Assembly: GCA_043228905.1 (NCBI GenBank)
Contig: JBHGNT010000007.1
Coordinates: 10,788,001-10,852,000 of the forward strand
Source: Azolla caroliniana
Taxonomy: Eukaryota; Plantae; Polypodiophyta
DNA: 64,000 nucleotides
Direction of reading: 5' to 3'
Part shown: in pieces, positions 12,114 to 25,556 of the stretch
Numbering within the stretch: position 1 is the first letter of the stretch
Layout of the letters: each line of letters begins with the position of its first letter
Translations under genes and position numbers: made by a program
The notes under the pieces: model-generated
Seen by the model: the letters and a program-made list of their open reading frames with translations, nothing else
Databases searched by the model: none
Told to the model about the DNA's origin: nothing

Positions 12114-12487
12114 TAACAATCGGCAATGGTTCAGTTTGATCGAAACAGAACCGTGAAATTACGGCTTAACGACTTAACGGTTTGGTTTGGTTTTGACGGT
12201 TTGATGGTTTTAAAAAAACTTTAAAAATTAAAATTATTTTGTAAACAACTTTTTCATTTTTAAGCCTAATTCTCACATTTTAGGAAAAATCTTTAAATTT
12301 TAAAATTTGAACTTTGACCTAAGTTGAAAACTGAAAATAGTTTAGTGGTTTAATGGTTTAACAATTTGGATTTTAGTTATTGATTCAGTTTAAACGGTTT
12401 CGTGGTTCAGTTCGGTTTAGGTTTCAAAATTTTTAAACGGTTCGGTTTGGACACTCTTGAATTGAACCGAACCGTTGCCGATTGTTA
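12114..12487. mobile_element. hAT-type MITE, 374 bp
   Basis: TIR TAACAATCGGCAA(T/C)GGTTC, perfect 8-bp TSD CACTTGCA, and CGGTTT subterminal repeats. Confidence 0.92.
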
Positions 12488-13172
12488 CACTTGCATGTAA
12501 AGTGATACTCATCCTCTAGCTCGATGTGACATAATCTACATATCCTTTCTTCTCTAGGGACTCAATTAGTATGACCATTCTCAATCTCACATTGGTGAGA
12601 TGATATTCTCCGTTGTCCAATGGCAACCCTTAGTGCATTTGGTAAGAACGTATCTCGATATTTTGGTTGTGTAATAAAACCTAACTTTGAGAATTGCATT
12701 AAGTCCTCCATTTATATCAAAGTGTAAATTTGCCATATTTCTTGGTGTATACTCTATAACGGTACTCATGAGAGATTAAAGTTTTATCAGTCTCATGGTT
12801 GTACCTAAGAGGAGGTAGGTTATTAATGTTTAGGCTGTTTGCAAGAAGCCAACTCACCACAATGTTATACCAAAGAGCTAGTATCTCCGAACTCATACAG
12901 TGATTGAGATGCCTCAAAAGCTTGATGAGATATCCTATCTTGTGATTAGCTATGTATCCTCTGAATAAAAACTATAAGTTGGAAAAGTGCTTCTACTAGA
13001 ATTGTGGGTAAAGTGAACTCTTCTCTAATAATGTCATGTGGCACTGTTGATTTGCTTCGGTGTTGACATGATAACATCGCCACCAATGGTCTCTCTAATT
13101 GCGTCCACATGAGGCAAGGAGCCCAAACCATTGATGCATGCATACATGAGGGAATGAGTCACTAATAAGTCA

Positions 13173-13608
13173 TGTTACCGGCCGGCAAAGGAGTCCAGAG
13201 TGGGAAACGGAGAGTTAATTAAGTAGTAGGAATGTGGTTGTAATTAAGCTATGAGTGTGGACGGACGGACCGGAAACGGTATGCCGTTCCGGATCCGGAC
13301 CGATCCCGAACAGGTGCGGATGGCACCGTTTTGTAATACAGACCGGAAACCTATTTAAAGGCCCAGATACAATGTAATAGTTAGCGGTTAATTAATGAAA
13401 GCTTAAGCGTTGTTATCTCTCTGTGTTAATTGTCGTTCTGTCTTAATTGTTATATCTTACGCGTGTGTTATAAAAGACGATCATAATAAGTAACTTAACC
13501 AAGTAGGATTAAGCGTTGAAGTCTAATCCGGTTGCCGTAACACCCTTTGGTGAAGTGTCTCCCATAGACACCCTGTGTTAGGCCATTGTCCAGCCCGAAG
13601 AGTTAACA
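13173..13608 (+). repeat. 5' LTR of the large Gypsy
   Basis: TGTTACC...GTTAACA. About 11 substitutions relative to the 3' LTR by manual count. Confidence 0.96.
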
Positions 13609-13659
13609 CAGTTTTTGGCGACCACGATTCCTGTTTTTGCAGCGAACGACGGCACGGAT

Positions 13660-16600
13660 GGATGTCTAGATCAATGCACGACCTGGTTACCGATCAAACT
13701 CGACGCCTTGCTGAAAGGCAAAGGAGACGCGAGGCTTTCGAGCAAGCGGCGCAGGAAATTATAGCGGATCGCTCGTTTTCCAACCTAATCCGGAGAGTAG
13801 CAGAGGACTCCCTCTGGTTACACCAAACATCGCACCCAGACAATGGCAGCAGCCTAAGCAGCCTCCGGGAAACCGAATCCCTTCTCCACGCGTTGGCAAA
13901 CTGAGAAGGCGAAGTAGAAGCCTTTTCAGCATATGAATCGGACTCCGAAGGGGAATACAGCATGCACAAGAACTATCGTAGCAGCAACGAAACCCTGGGC
14001 ATACCGGAGGACGAAGGATCAGATAGTTTACCGACACCGGAACCGGAAGTGCTAACGCCCTCTGGAACTAGCAGAGGAAGAGCGACCTCCGACACCGGAA
14101 GTCGAAGAGGAGAGGCCTCCGTCACCAAAGGAAGAGGAAAAACAACCGACGTCGGAAACAAATCGGGAAAGACCACCGACGCCGGAGAAAATTCCGGAAC
14201 AAGCACCAACACTACCAGCCCGCGCACCGATACCGGACGACGACTTGCCGTTCTAGTACTCCAAGTATAGAGATGATCCGGACGCGGAAGCTCATGTGCA
14301 CGCCTTTGAACAGACATGGGAAGCCAACCATGTGTCCCAGCTATTGACCCCAGAGGAAGAAGAACGCGCTAAGATAGCGGAATTTGGCGTCACATTTGAG
14401 GGACCGGCAGCAAGATGGCGTCGAACGCAGGACCCGTCTACCACCAACACCTTTGCAGATTTAAAAGCTAAATTCTTGCATTTTTTTCAAAAGGAGGTGG
14501 ACCAGACCGTAATGGTAGGCTTATTTTATACCATCCGGCAAGCGGCAAGGGAGAGCATCCCCCAATTTGTCATCCGGTTTCAACGGATGCATAGTCAGCT
14601 TGCCCGCCACCCCCGAAAGAGGAATTACGGACTATATTCCTAAACGCGCTCCGGGAACCCCTACGCATGGTTTGCACGGTAATCGACTTCCGCACAAGTA
14701 CCATCGACCAGGTCATTGACCGGGTGAGAGAAATGGAAAAGACAAGCTCTTGGCTCACACTGGGAGCACTTCAACGGGCGTTACCGTCCGATGAAGACCT
14801 CCGGTTTCGGCAAGCAATACAGTGCACAACCTGCTTGAATTCCGGACACTCGGCTCTAGAATGCACTATGAGGATGCAATGTGTAATCTGTCAATCCAAG
14901 AGCCATACGACGGATAGGTGCGAGTATAATCTATTGAACCGGCAAGCACCGCCCGTCCAACAAATTGAGCCACGCAGCAGCCGGGATGAAGAAGACGAAC
15001 GCTGGCGGCGAATGGACCGTGACCGACCGGCACAGGATGTCCGGTATGGCGAGCGACGGGAAAATGATGTCCGGTATGGTGATCGACGGGAAAATGATGT
15101 CCGGTACGGTGATCGGCGGGATAACTATGACCGGCATGATCGGTACCAGGATTACAATAGACGATACGAACAGTACGACCAGGAGCACTCCCCCGGGTAT
15201 CGTCAGCAACGGGAGGAATACGGCAGACATAACGGGCAACCCCGTCAAGAGTACCGTAATAAGAAGAGCTATAACAAAAAACGACATTTCAAAAAAGGCG
15301 GCTACCCCCGGGATCCGGAACAAGGAGCTCCAAGCAGCCAACCGGTACAAAACCCCGCGCGTACCGCAGGACCTGCCCCGGGTAACAACAGACAATGCCG
15401 AATCTAGCAATACCCGGAAGGCCTACTGCTACTACTGCCGACAAGAAGGCCATTATAGTAACCAATGCCCGGTGAAGAGTTATGAAAAACGACCGACGGT
15501 AAATATGGTAGTCCCTGAGGTGGCAGATCTGCAGCAAGTGACCACAAGGTCGAAGGGCATGGCCAAAGAATGGGAGACACAGGAGACCATCCAGAAACAA
15601 GCAACGGAATGGGTAAAGAAAGCAAACGAGCAGAATGTCACAGACTTACAGCGGCAAAAGGAGAACACCGCAGGGCTTGCCAGCGGTAACCCGCAGGACC
15701 TGCCCCGGGTAACAACAGACAATGCCGAATCTAGCAATACCCGGAAGGCCTACTGCTACTACTGCCGACAAGAAGGCCATTATAGTAACCAATGCCCGGT
15801 GAAGAGTTATGAAAAACGACCGACGGTAAATATGGTAGTCCCTGAGGTGGCAGATCTGCAGCAAGTGACCACAAGGTCGAAGGGCATGGCCAAAGAATGG
15901 GAGACACAGGAGACCATCCAGAAACTCCGAGAACGAGACATGGCAGGCGTTGCAAGAATGCCAGATTACGTTACCACTAGGAAGACTCCTACAACTCGTG
16001 CCGAGATTCACGGAAGGATTGAAGACGGCCATGACGGTAGGAGAACCATTACCGGCACCGGTACTCTTCTCGAATCCGGAGGAGGGACCAACGGTGGTGG
16101 ACACCAGTAGTCTGGTAATCACTGCCATTGTAAAAGGGAAAGAACTCCCCAGCACAGTTATAGACGGAGGCTCTAGGGTGAATGTAATAAGCCTCCGGAC
16201 GTGTGATGGCCTAGGAATCCATGAGTGGGAGCCGTGTCCGTTCTGGTTGCGGATGGCGGATACAAGCTCAGTGCGGCCGACAGGATTAATACGGAAATTA
16301 GAAGTCACAGTCGGCGGTCATACATTTCACATCTCGGCCGTAGTGCTACAATTACAGGCACAAGGCGCATACCCGCTATTGCTGGGGCGGCCATGGTTGA
16401 AAACGGCACATATCAAACAGAATTGGCGAAAAAATATAATTACCTTCCGGCGAGGAAAAGCCAAGGTACGGGTACCAACATAGCCAAGGACGAGCACTGG
16501 CAAGGAATGTACACCGTTGTATGCGGAATGCGTCAACATGCTAGAAGGGTTAGCGGACAAAGAAGAAGCTCAGTACCTGCAGGAAAACCCGAAGATCATA

Positions 16601-19405
16601 CCCCTCTTCGAAATTGACATTGCCGAAGCAGTAGCACCATACTTACCGCAACCGGAAGAGGCTGAAGCAGAACCGGATAAAGATGCAATCCGGGAGTTAC
16701 GGCAAGCGCAGGAAGCGTTGGAATGGGAAATGGCCATTTCACAGCGCGTGAAAGCGTCGCAACTAGGAGAGGTGAACCTAGGCACCGCGGATGAAGCAAA
16801 ACCGGTGCACATCGCCAAGGAGATGAAGTCCGAAGACAAAACGGCGATGATAACACTTCTAACGGAATTTCGCGATGTGTTCGCCTGGTCATACAAAGAC
16901 ATGCGAGGACTCGACCCTCAGTTATACCAGCATCAAGTGCACTTGAGCAAGGACGCAAAACCAGTGGCACAAAGACGGTACCGGATGAATCCCAATTATG
17001 CCGCCAAGGTCAAGGAGGAAATCGACAAACTGCTAAGAGTTGGCTTTATCGGTCCGGTAAAGAAAGCGACATGGCTGAGCCCGATCGTAGTAGTATCGAA
17101 GAAGAACGGAAAAATTCGAGTTTGCGTGGACTACCGGAAACTCAATGCGGCTACGGTAACGGATGTGTTTCCACTTCCGTTCATAGATGGAGTGTTGGAT
17201 GCCGTCGCCGGCCATGAGGTCTATAGCTTCCTAGACGGATTCAACGGGTATAATCAGATCCGGATGCACCCCGACGACCAAGAGAAAACGGCATTCGTCA
17301 CCGAATGGGGGGTGTTTGTGGCCGTGGTGATGATGTTCGGACTCAAAACGGCACCGGCAACATTTCAACGAATCATCATGGAAATCTTTGGTGAATATAT
17401 ACTGGCTTTTATGCAGGTTTTCCTTGAAGATTTCGCCGTCTATAGCAGGGAGGAGGACCATTTTCAGCACCTCCGTCTTTGTCTAGAAAAGTGTAGAGCG
17501 TACCGGCTAACCTTGAATCCGGCAAAGTGTGTATTTGGCGTGTCCAGTGGAACCTTATTAGGACATATTGTGAGCCAAGAAGGTATTGCAGTCGACCCAG
17601 ACAAAGTGAAAGCCATATTAGAAGCACCGGCGCCGGTAACGGCAAAGGCATTAAGCCGGTTCTTAGGCCAGATCCGGTGGCACAGCCGGATGCTCCGATA
17701 CTTGGTCAACTTGGCTACACCGTTGCATGCCGCCGTACATCGGACACCATTCCAGTGAACTGACATCGAGGATAGGGCTATAGGGCCCTCAAGGTACTAT
17801 TGTCGCAGGTACCGGTAGTGCAGCCTCCGGATTGGAGTAAAGAATTTCACGTGTTCGTGGACGCCTCCGACATCGCAATCGGAAGCATACTAATGCAGCT
17901 TACGGAACCAAAGTGGTACCGGCCAGTGTACTATGCCAGCCGGAAGCTATCCCAAGCAGAACAGAACTACTCTACTACGGAACGGGAAGCTCTAGGGATG
18001 ATCTACAATGTGACAAAGTTTCGGCATTATTTGTTGGGAAGGAAGTTTTCCTTCCATGTAGATCATTCAGCACTCCTTTACCTGGTGTCCAAAGCGTCAC
18101 TCACCGGCAAATTGGCCCGGTGGACCTTACTATTACAGGAGTTCGAGTTTGAAATATTCCACCAACCCGGTATACAGCATGCCGTGGCGGATTACTTAAG
18201 CCGATTAGAGTCCGGAGAGACGGGTGACGGAGTAGCGGATGAGTTTCCGGATGCGGAGCTGTTTCGAGTCACTACGGAGACGGCAACAGATGAGACGGTG
18301 GCACAGGAAGACAAATGGCTCACAAATATGCACCAGTTTCTGAGCATAGGACTGCCTCCGGAAGAGATGAACAGGCACGAACGGAAACACCTGGCGGTGC
18401 AAAGCCGACATTTCTGCTTACTGCAAGACACACTGTACCACAAGGGCGCGGACGGCATATGGAGACGGGCGGTTCGCTGCGATGAAAAGGAACTGATACT
18501 GAGGGAAGCCCACTGCGGAGTTGCCGGAGGTCACTATGCCGGAGATGCAACGGCCAGAAAAATATGGCAAAGTGGCCTATGGTGGCCAACGACATTAAGA
18601 GATGCGGTACGGTACGCAAAAGAATGTGACCTATGCCAGAGAATGGGCTAGCCAACGGAGCAGGCTCGTATGCCACACTAGCCGGTACTACCAGTCGAGC
18701 CATTCCAAAAGTGGGGGCTGGACTTTGTAGGACCGTTCAAGCCACCGGCAATGAGAACGGGTAATCGGTACGTTATCGTGGCTACGGATTACTCCACGAA
18801 ATGGGTGGAGGCCAAAGCTTTACGGGATAACACCGCTGCGTCAACGGCAAAGTTTCTATATGAGTACATCTGGTGCCGTTACGGATGCTCCATTGAATTG
18901 ATAAGTGACCAAGGGGGGCACTTTCTCGGCCAAGTAGTGGAAAGCCTGACGGCCTTCTATGCCGTTGTACACAAACGGAGCACACCTTACTACCCACAGG
19001 CGAACGGTTTAGCGGAATCAACAAACAAGACGCTCCATAATAGTATTCCAAACTGGACGGGCAAGATGCCGGGTAAACTACGGTTTAGATGGACTGGTGT
19101 TAGTATTCCAAACCCGGATGGGCAAGATGCCGGGTAAACTACGGTTTAGATGGACCGGACCGTATTGGCTAACACGGGAATATAATGGGTCCTACCAGTT
19201 AGGGACACTTGCCGGCGAAGTGCTAGGCAAATGGGTCAACGGATTCCGGTTAAAGGCATATAGAGGATCGATGCCTAAGAACCCATTTGGGCGAAGGACC
19301 GACACCAGTGAGGGAAACGACAACCACCAAGATGGCAGAGAAGGCGAGCCGGTAACTGGGGAGAATGAGGCCGATAAGGGTCCGAGAGGACCAACAGACA
19401 AGTGA
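13660..19405 (+). pseudogene. gag-pol of the large Gypsy (gag with zinc knuckles, aspartic protease, RT, RNase H, integrase), disrupted
   Basis: CTTCLNSGHSALEC and CYYCRQEGHYSNQC knuckles; IDGGSRVN protease; DYRKLN..MMFGLKTA..FLED (catalytic DD altered); VDASD..ASRKL RNase H; HCG..GGH..CDLCQ and SDQG..NGLAE integrase; GPY motif. Several stops, frameshifts and an integrase deletion. Confidence 0.93.
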
Positions 19406-19930
19406 CGTCACACTAATAATAATAATAACAGAAAATTAAATAATAAAAAAATCATGCAAAAGCGAGGAATGAATGGATGAAAGAGCGAGGAGTGAAAAGG
19501 TACGTAGTGGGCATTTAAAGCGCCACCACAGGACATAATGCTATTTTAAGTACGCTGTCGAGGTTTTCCTCGCGGATGCGTGGAATGAGGCGGGACCTCA
19601 GGGGTCCTGTACCAAAGAGCAAGAGAGAAAGGAGAAGATGCCCACTACGTGCGAGAGTAGATTCACAGGGACACGGCCCTTCGACACAAAGACGCGAGTG
19701 GGACAACGACACAGGGAGACACAAACGTATGTATGTATTAACAAAGACAAACAACACAACACGGAGTCGGTTACAACCGAACAGGCCGGCGAACAGATGC
19801 CGATACCTGTTCATAAACACACAGAAAGGAAGGAGTAGGTTGGAGGTGCTGCCGGAAGCACTCGGGCATTCCTCAGAGCAGCGCGAGCCTCCCGAAACCT
19901 GCACAGAAGGAAGCTATGGTGTTTGCGAAC

Positions 19931-19976
<46 letters not shown>

Positions 19977-22900
19977 CCTTCGCCCACGAACCGACATCAC
20001 TTCGTCCTCGACTCCCCGCGATCCCATCCCCCTTCTCGTCTCCCTCCTTTTATAGGCAAGGAAGGAGCCGTTTCTCCGCCAGATGGTATGTCTCGTTGTC
20101 GTTGGCGCTTTGTACCACGTAAGGCCCGAACCACCTTTTTGCGAACTTCCGAGTCGCTCGGTGCTGGTTGTCAAGGCTGTTGTCATAGACTAGCACCCAG
20201 TTGCCTTCCTCGATCTTCTTCGGTCGGAGCCGGTGCGTTCGGTCGAACCGGGCTTTGTTCCTCATCCTTGCTTCCCGAAGCTTTTCCGCAGCCTGCTCCA
20301 CGTCCTCCGGTCTTCGCTGGAGCTGTCGTATACGCGCCGCCAGCAGTTCCTCCCGGCTCATCTCGTCTCTCCAGTCCACGGTTGCCCACGAGGAGATCGT
20401 GCGTTCCATTAGCATGACCGGCTTCTGCCCAAACATGAGTTCTGTGGCATGAATCCGGTTACCGAACTGTGCGTAGTTCGGTCCGCCCACAACGCGTAAG
20501 GCAGCAGCCGCGGCCAGTTCCCGACTTGACCTCCGCATGCCCGAACTAACGCCTTGACGATCGGTCCGTGCCCGCGCTCCACCTTTCCATTCGCCTCCGG
20601 ATTGTACGCAGTGGTAAGCGAGAGCTTGACTCCTAGCCGGTCGAACAGCTCCTCGGCCTCTTCGGCGTCCAACTCCCCGCGATCAGTCACGATCTTCCCG
20701 ACGCACCCGTACCGGCATATCACGTCCTCAATAAGGAACCGACATACGGCCATGGTCGTTTTGTTCTGAAGGGCCCGACCTTCTACCTGGTTCGTCAGAT
20801 CTTCCCGAGCCAGGACTAGATACCGCATCTGTCCTACTTCCATCGACATCGTCACCAGGTCTACCATCCATTTGAAGTGGATGATCGGAGGGTACGTAGG
20901 GTGAAGCTCGTCCCGATGTCAGACTACGGAGTGCATCTGACAGCTCTCGCAAGTCGTCACGAACCGATGCACGTCCCGGTACAGTCCCGGCCACCAGTAC
21001 TTCCCCTTTATCTTCTCGAACGTGGCCCACGTTCCACGGTGTCCAGCCCAAGGGCTGTCGTGGTAGGCCGTCAACAGCTCCTCCTGTTCTTCCTTCATCG
21101 CCACCACTCGGAGCGGGACGCCGTTCCTCTTCTTTGGGTGCTTCCATATGTATCCGTCCCAGAGAAAGAATCGGTAAGCTTTCTTCCGGATCCGGTTGGC
21201 CTCGTCCTTCGTCCATGACGCATCCGGCGTCATTGTCCTCAAAAATCCACCAATCTGGAGCCACTCGCCATCGTACCTGCTCTCGTCGAAGTCGTTAAGT
21301 GCCGGAGTGCTCGTCCCATTGGTCGTTCCGTACGCCTCCTCGAAGAAGTCCACGCCGATTTCTTCATCCTCCGAAACCATGCCGCCCTCGTCATCAAACC
21401 TCGCCCTCGAAAGCATGTCAGCCATGGCATTGTCCTTTCCGGAAATGTGCCGTATTTCCGGGTCCAGGGACTTGATGTACGCTATCCACCTGAGCATCGC
21501 CAGGTCCGGTGTCGCGCATCCGGAAACCATGCCGAGAATTGGCAGGCAATCCGTCTCGACAATCACTTCCGTCCCGATCAGGTAGTCTTTGTCGGCCTTT
21601 ACTGCCGAAACGATACCCCAGAGTTCGCGTTTAACCTGGGCGTACCCTCGTTGTCGCTCACTGAGGACCTTCGCGCTGAATCGGATCGGGAACCGAATGC
21701 CGTCCCCGTCTTCTTGGTTGACGACCCATCCGATCCCGGTTGGACTCGTATCCACCGTTATGTATACCGGGGTACCCTTCTCGTAGACAGCCTTCCGGAG
21801 CGCTGGTACTGCCGCAAGAGCTTCCTTAAGCTTCCGGACCGACTCCGTGTGCTTGTCTCGCCACTCGAATTTTCACCCTTTTTTCAGCAACCCGTATAAC
21901 GGCTCCACAACGTGGGCGTAATGCGGGATCCATATGTGGTAGAATGCACATGCCCCCAGGAACCTCCGAACTTCCGTAACCGAGCTACAATCGGTCTTCA
22001 TCGCGGAAATGGCTTCTACCTTTGCCGGAAACGGCTTCCGGCCATATGGTCCACATAGGTGTCCGACCACCAGGATTTCCGATTGCCCGAAGGCCGATTT
22101 CTCCCCGGAGAAGGTGAGCCTCGCATCCTCTAGCCTTTGTAGCACTTTCTCGCAGTTGTCAATGTGTGTTGCAACGAATCGCTGGCATCCGTCCGGTCCG
22201 AGTGTTGCGTCCCTCTCTTCTACCGGGCACCCCTTGATCGGAATGTCGTCTAGAAATGGCATGGTGATGTCCGGGATGCAATCCCTCAGTACCTTGTTCA
22301 TTGCATTCACCATGTGGGCCACCGAGTTGGTCCCTCCTTGTGGCAGGGTACACATTCGCACTAGGCCGAGGGGAGTTCGCATCGTCGTAATGTCTCTACT
22401 CTCCACGGCTAGCTGGAACTGGTCGTACCCCGAGTACAGATCACCAACCGAGTAAATCGACCTTCCGGCGAAGGCCTCCACGAACTCGTCTATGGTCGGT
22501 CCGATTCTTGCGTTCGGAATGGTCACTCTGTTGACCGGCTGCAGGTCTTGAATGAAGTGCAATGTTCCGTTTTTCTTTGGTACGGTAAACCATCGGTTCG
22601 AGTATGGCGCGCTCGACGGTTCGAGAATACCCATATCGACTTTCTGCCTCAGTAGCTCCATCAACTCCGGGATGTGAGCTCTTGGTACCGGAATCGGCTT
22701 GAGATTCCACGGCACATGCGGTACCGTGAATATCACCATCGGCTCCACGATTGTCGGGTCTACGCACCCGATCTCTTCCGGCGAGAATGCGAAGGCTTTC
22801 CCATGCCTTCCGAGCATTCTCCGAAACCGGTCTTCCTCCGCCGGCAGTAGGAACCCACCCCCACCGATCTTGAGCTCCCGGAGCGTCCCGTCGGTGAAGG

Positions 22901-23354
22901 TGTGTCCTATGCAGGCCGGATCTCGTAAACTGGGGTCCGACGCAACCCCTTTGATTCGGGACTCGCTGCCCTCCGACAAGGGTGCCGCGACTGGCCTTAC
23001 CTTCCGGTCCACAGTCTTGTACTTCGTGCTAACTAGGGCCGTCCGATCCGACCCAAGCCCCCGACTGAAGTTCGCGATGACTTCGTACATCTCTTCGGAA
23101 CATACCGGTATCGTCCGGTCCTCGCTAAGGCCTTCTCCGGCTACCTTCCTCAGCATTCCCAAGGTGTCGTCGAAGGAGACCGCCTCCACGGCTCCGCTGA
23201 TTTCCTCGTCTGGGCCGAGAACTCCGCACGCTCGAAGTCGCACTTCCGCCCTTGTCCTTTCTCGGCCGACGATGCCGACTACCATACACCCTCCGTTATT
23301 GGAGAAGCAAAATTTCCCACCTATCGTACAGTCGTGGGGTCTTTTCCGAGTGTC

Positions 23355-23399
23355 AGGGCTGTCTCGGCCCCACACCTTGGCAGCCCTTTCTAAAAATCC
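23355..23399 (-). promoter_or_regulatory. Candidate -1 programmed ribosomal frameshift signal
   Basis: G GAT TTT TAG at the protease stop, a 5-nt spacer, then stem AGGGCTG...CAGCCCT. The RT ORF lies in the -1 frame. Confidence 0.7.
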
Positions 23400-25539
23400 T
23401 CCCGGTTCTCGCCACTGAGGGATTCGCGGTTTCTCTCGTGGTTCGGCCGCACCGTCAGAAATTGGACCGAATGGCGCCCGTCCTGGCTTTTGACCCTCGC
23501 GTAGGCCGAACCGTTGTCTAGCACCTTGGTCTCCATCCGCGCCGCCGTGATGTATGGTTCACCTAATATGACCGGGTGTGAGGACGTCTCCTGTACGAAG
23601 AAGTGCTGGTCAATCTCGACGTCGCCGATCTTGACTCGCACGTTCGGGCAGGCCCCGTGCAGTTCCTCGGTGGCGCGCGTCGCCGCCCGTATCTTCCACC
23701 CGTGCTTGGTGTTGATCGGCCACTTCCCCTTCTTATAGAAGTCCATGGACATCAGGTTTATTTCCGAACCGTGGTCCACCAATGCCACCACCGGTTCCTG
23801 AACATCTCCGATCTTTACCGGGGTCTCCGTGGTCGCTCGGGCCCAGTGTGGCCTCGAATAGTGGCTCTCCGCCCACTCATCTGCCAGCGCCGAGTCGTCG
23901 ATGTGCCTCGTCCGCACCTCTACCGGTCTTTCCGGTTCCGTCTCCGTCGACAGCCTCTTCCGTTTCACCAAGTCTACAATGGAGTCATGGAACTCCTTCT
24001 TCGCAATCCCTAGCACCTCCCGCAATGACAGCTCCACTTTGCTTGTCGAGGATCCGTTCTTCTAGGACCTTTCGTAGGTCTGTAGTCCTTTCTATTTCCG
24101 TCCCCAATCGGTATCCGCCCTTCCTGGGGTTATCTTGCGAGCTGGACCCACCGGCATCGTTTCGTCGTTGCCCGAATCGAGTCTCATACCGTTGTGAGGT
24201 CCCGGCCGCTCCGGCTTTCCCCACCCGTTTGTCTTCAACCAGAGCCTCGTAGTTTCGGCAGGCGGCTTCTACAAAGCCTGTCTTCTCCTCGACCGGATCG
24301 CTCCACCCGGTTATTTCCCGGACCCGTCTCTCAGCGTGGTCCGTTTCATCTTTCCTTAGCCGTCCGCCGGCAAGACCTTCCAGCATTGCCGACCAGAATC
24401 CGTCTTTGCCCTCCTTTCGGGCCTCGCTGCCCCCGACCCGAATGCCGGCCGACGCCGAGTAGTGGATGGCCTCCACGTGTCGGGCCACCGCCTCTTCCAT
24501 CAGTCTCTTCATTCCTCCTCACCCGTCGTTTCGGTTCAGGGCCCTCCTAGTGTCGCCGGCGTGCACCCGGCCTTCCCATAGGTACACCACCCGGTTCCTC
24601 AACGCTTCTGCGAAATCGCCGCAGTCCTTCCGGATGTGGCCGACCTCGTCGCACCACATGCACCTGTTCCTTGTTGCCGGCCGTTGGTCACGAGCCGGTT
24701 CGCCGCCTTCCCTTCGAGTCAGGGCGATCTGGAGATCCTTTATCGCCCGCGTCAACTCGTCCAGCGTTGCTCCTCCGGACGAGCCATTGACCATGCCGGT
24801 CGAAGTCGGACCGGTTTCGAGCCATTCCCGGGTCTCTTCCCTTTACACTTGCGGTGCCGGTTCAAGCCTCCTTGCTGTAACAGAGCCCGCACCGGCCGCC
24901 CCGTTGTCAGCCCATTCTCGCCGTTTATCGAAACGGCCACAGACTCTCTTAACCGCAGCCAGTCGGTTGTCAGCCCGTCCTCGGTTTCCAGCAAGGAGCC
25001 GACTTGGTCCCGGTCTCGGTCGTCCACCGACTTGACGAACAGTAGGACCCGGCTCATATCCAGAACGGTTCGGTCAAGCGCTGAAAGGCACGCAAAGCGT
25101 TCTTCGAACTCCCGGAGGAGTGCCGTCGCGTTTCTTCCCTTGCCGGGGAACTCCACCCATTCCATGAAGTCCCGTTTCGAAAGCCGGAGCGCGTCGTCCA
25201 GTCCGTATTTTTCTAGGAGTCGGCCTTCGAACTTCTCCCAGGTACGGCTCTCCGCCCGCACCTCGAGCACCTCCGCATGGATGCTCGGCATCGCCACTCG
25301 AGGAAACCCGGCAAGACGCCTCTCTTCCGGAATGTCCCGCATCAGCATTTCTGCCCCGTAGGACGCCAAATACTTCGTGGCATCCTTTCCGCTGAACCGG
25401 CCAATCGTACCGACGACCGCCTCAATGGCTCTGTCGAGGGTGCCAGTGCCCTCGCGTGCACTCAATATCCGATCTACGGCCGAAGCCATGGCCTCTGCAA
25501 GATCCGACCCTTTCATCTTCTGCTCTTTTGCCGCCTCCT

Positions 25540-25556
25540 TCACGTCGGGTTCACCA
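25540..25556 (-). promoter_or_regulatory. Primer-binding site complementary to tRNA-Trp
   Basis: Plus strand TCACGTCGGGTTCACCA matches the plant tRNA-Trp 3' end including CCA (from memory). It lies 4 nt from the LTR end. Confidence 0.85.

Larger units (their letters stand above)
11189..13172 (-). mobile_element. RTE-X-like LINE 3' part (long-C-terminus subfamily); continues at 29697-29935
   Basis: Collinear with 33300-34940. (TCTT)n tail at 11189-11210. Interrupted by a solo LTR, a MITE and the large Gypsy. Confidence 0.85.

Noticed and set aside
16481-16483. Programmed stop-codon readthrough between protease and RT
   Set aside because: It is one of many TAG stops best explained by CAG>TAG decay, and there is no CARYYA readthrough context.
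19576-20055. ORF repeated at 19576 and 25377
   Set aside because: It lies within the duplicated LTR and reads through a GA microsatellite, with no protein motif.
20877-25361. Many overlapping plus-strand ORFs
   Set aside because: These are antisense shadows of the GC-rich minus-strand gag-pol.
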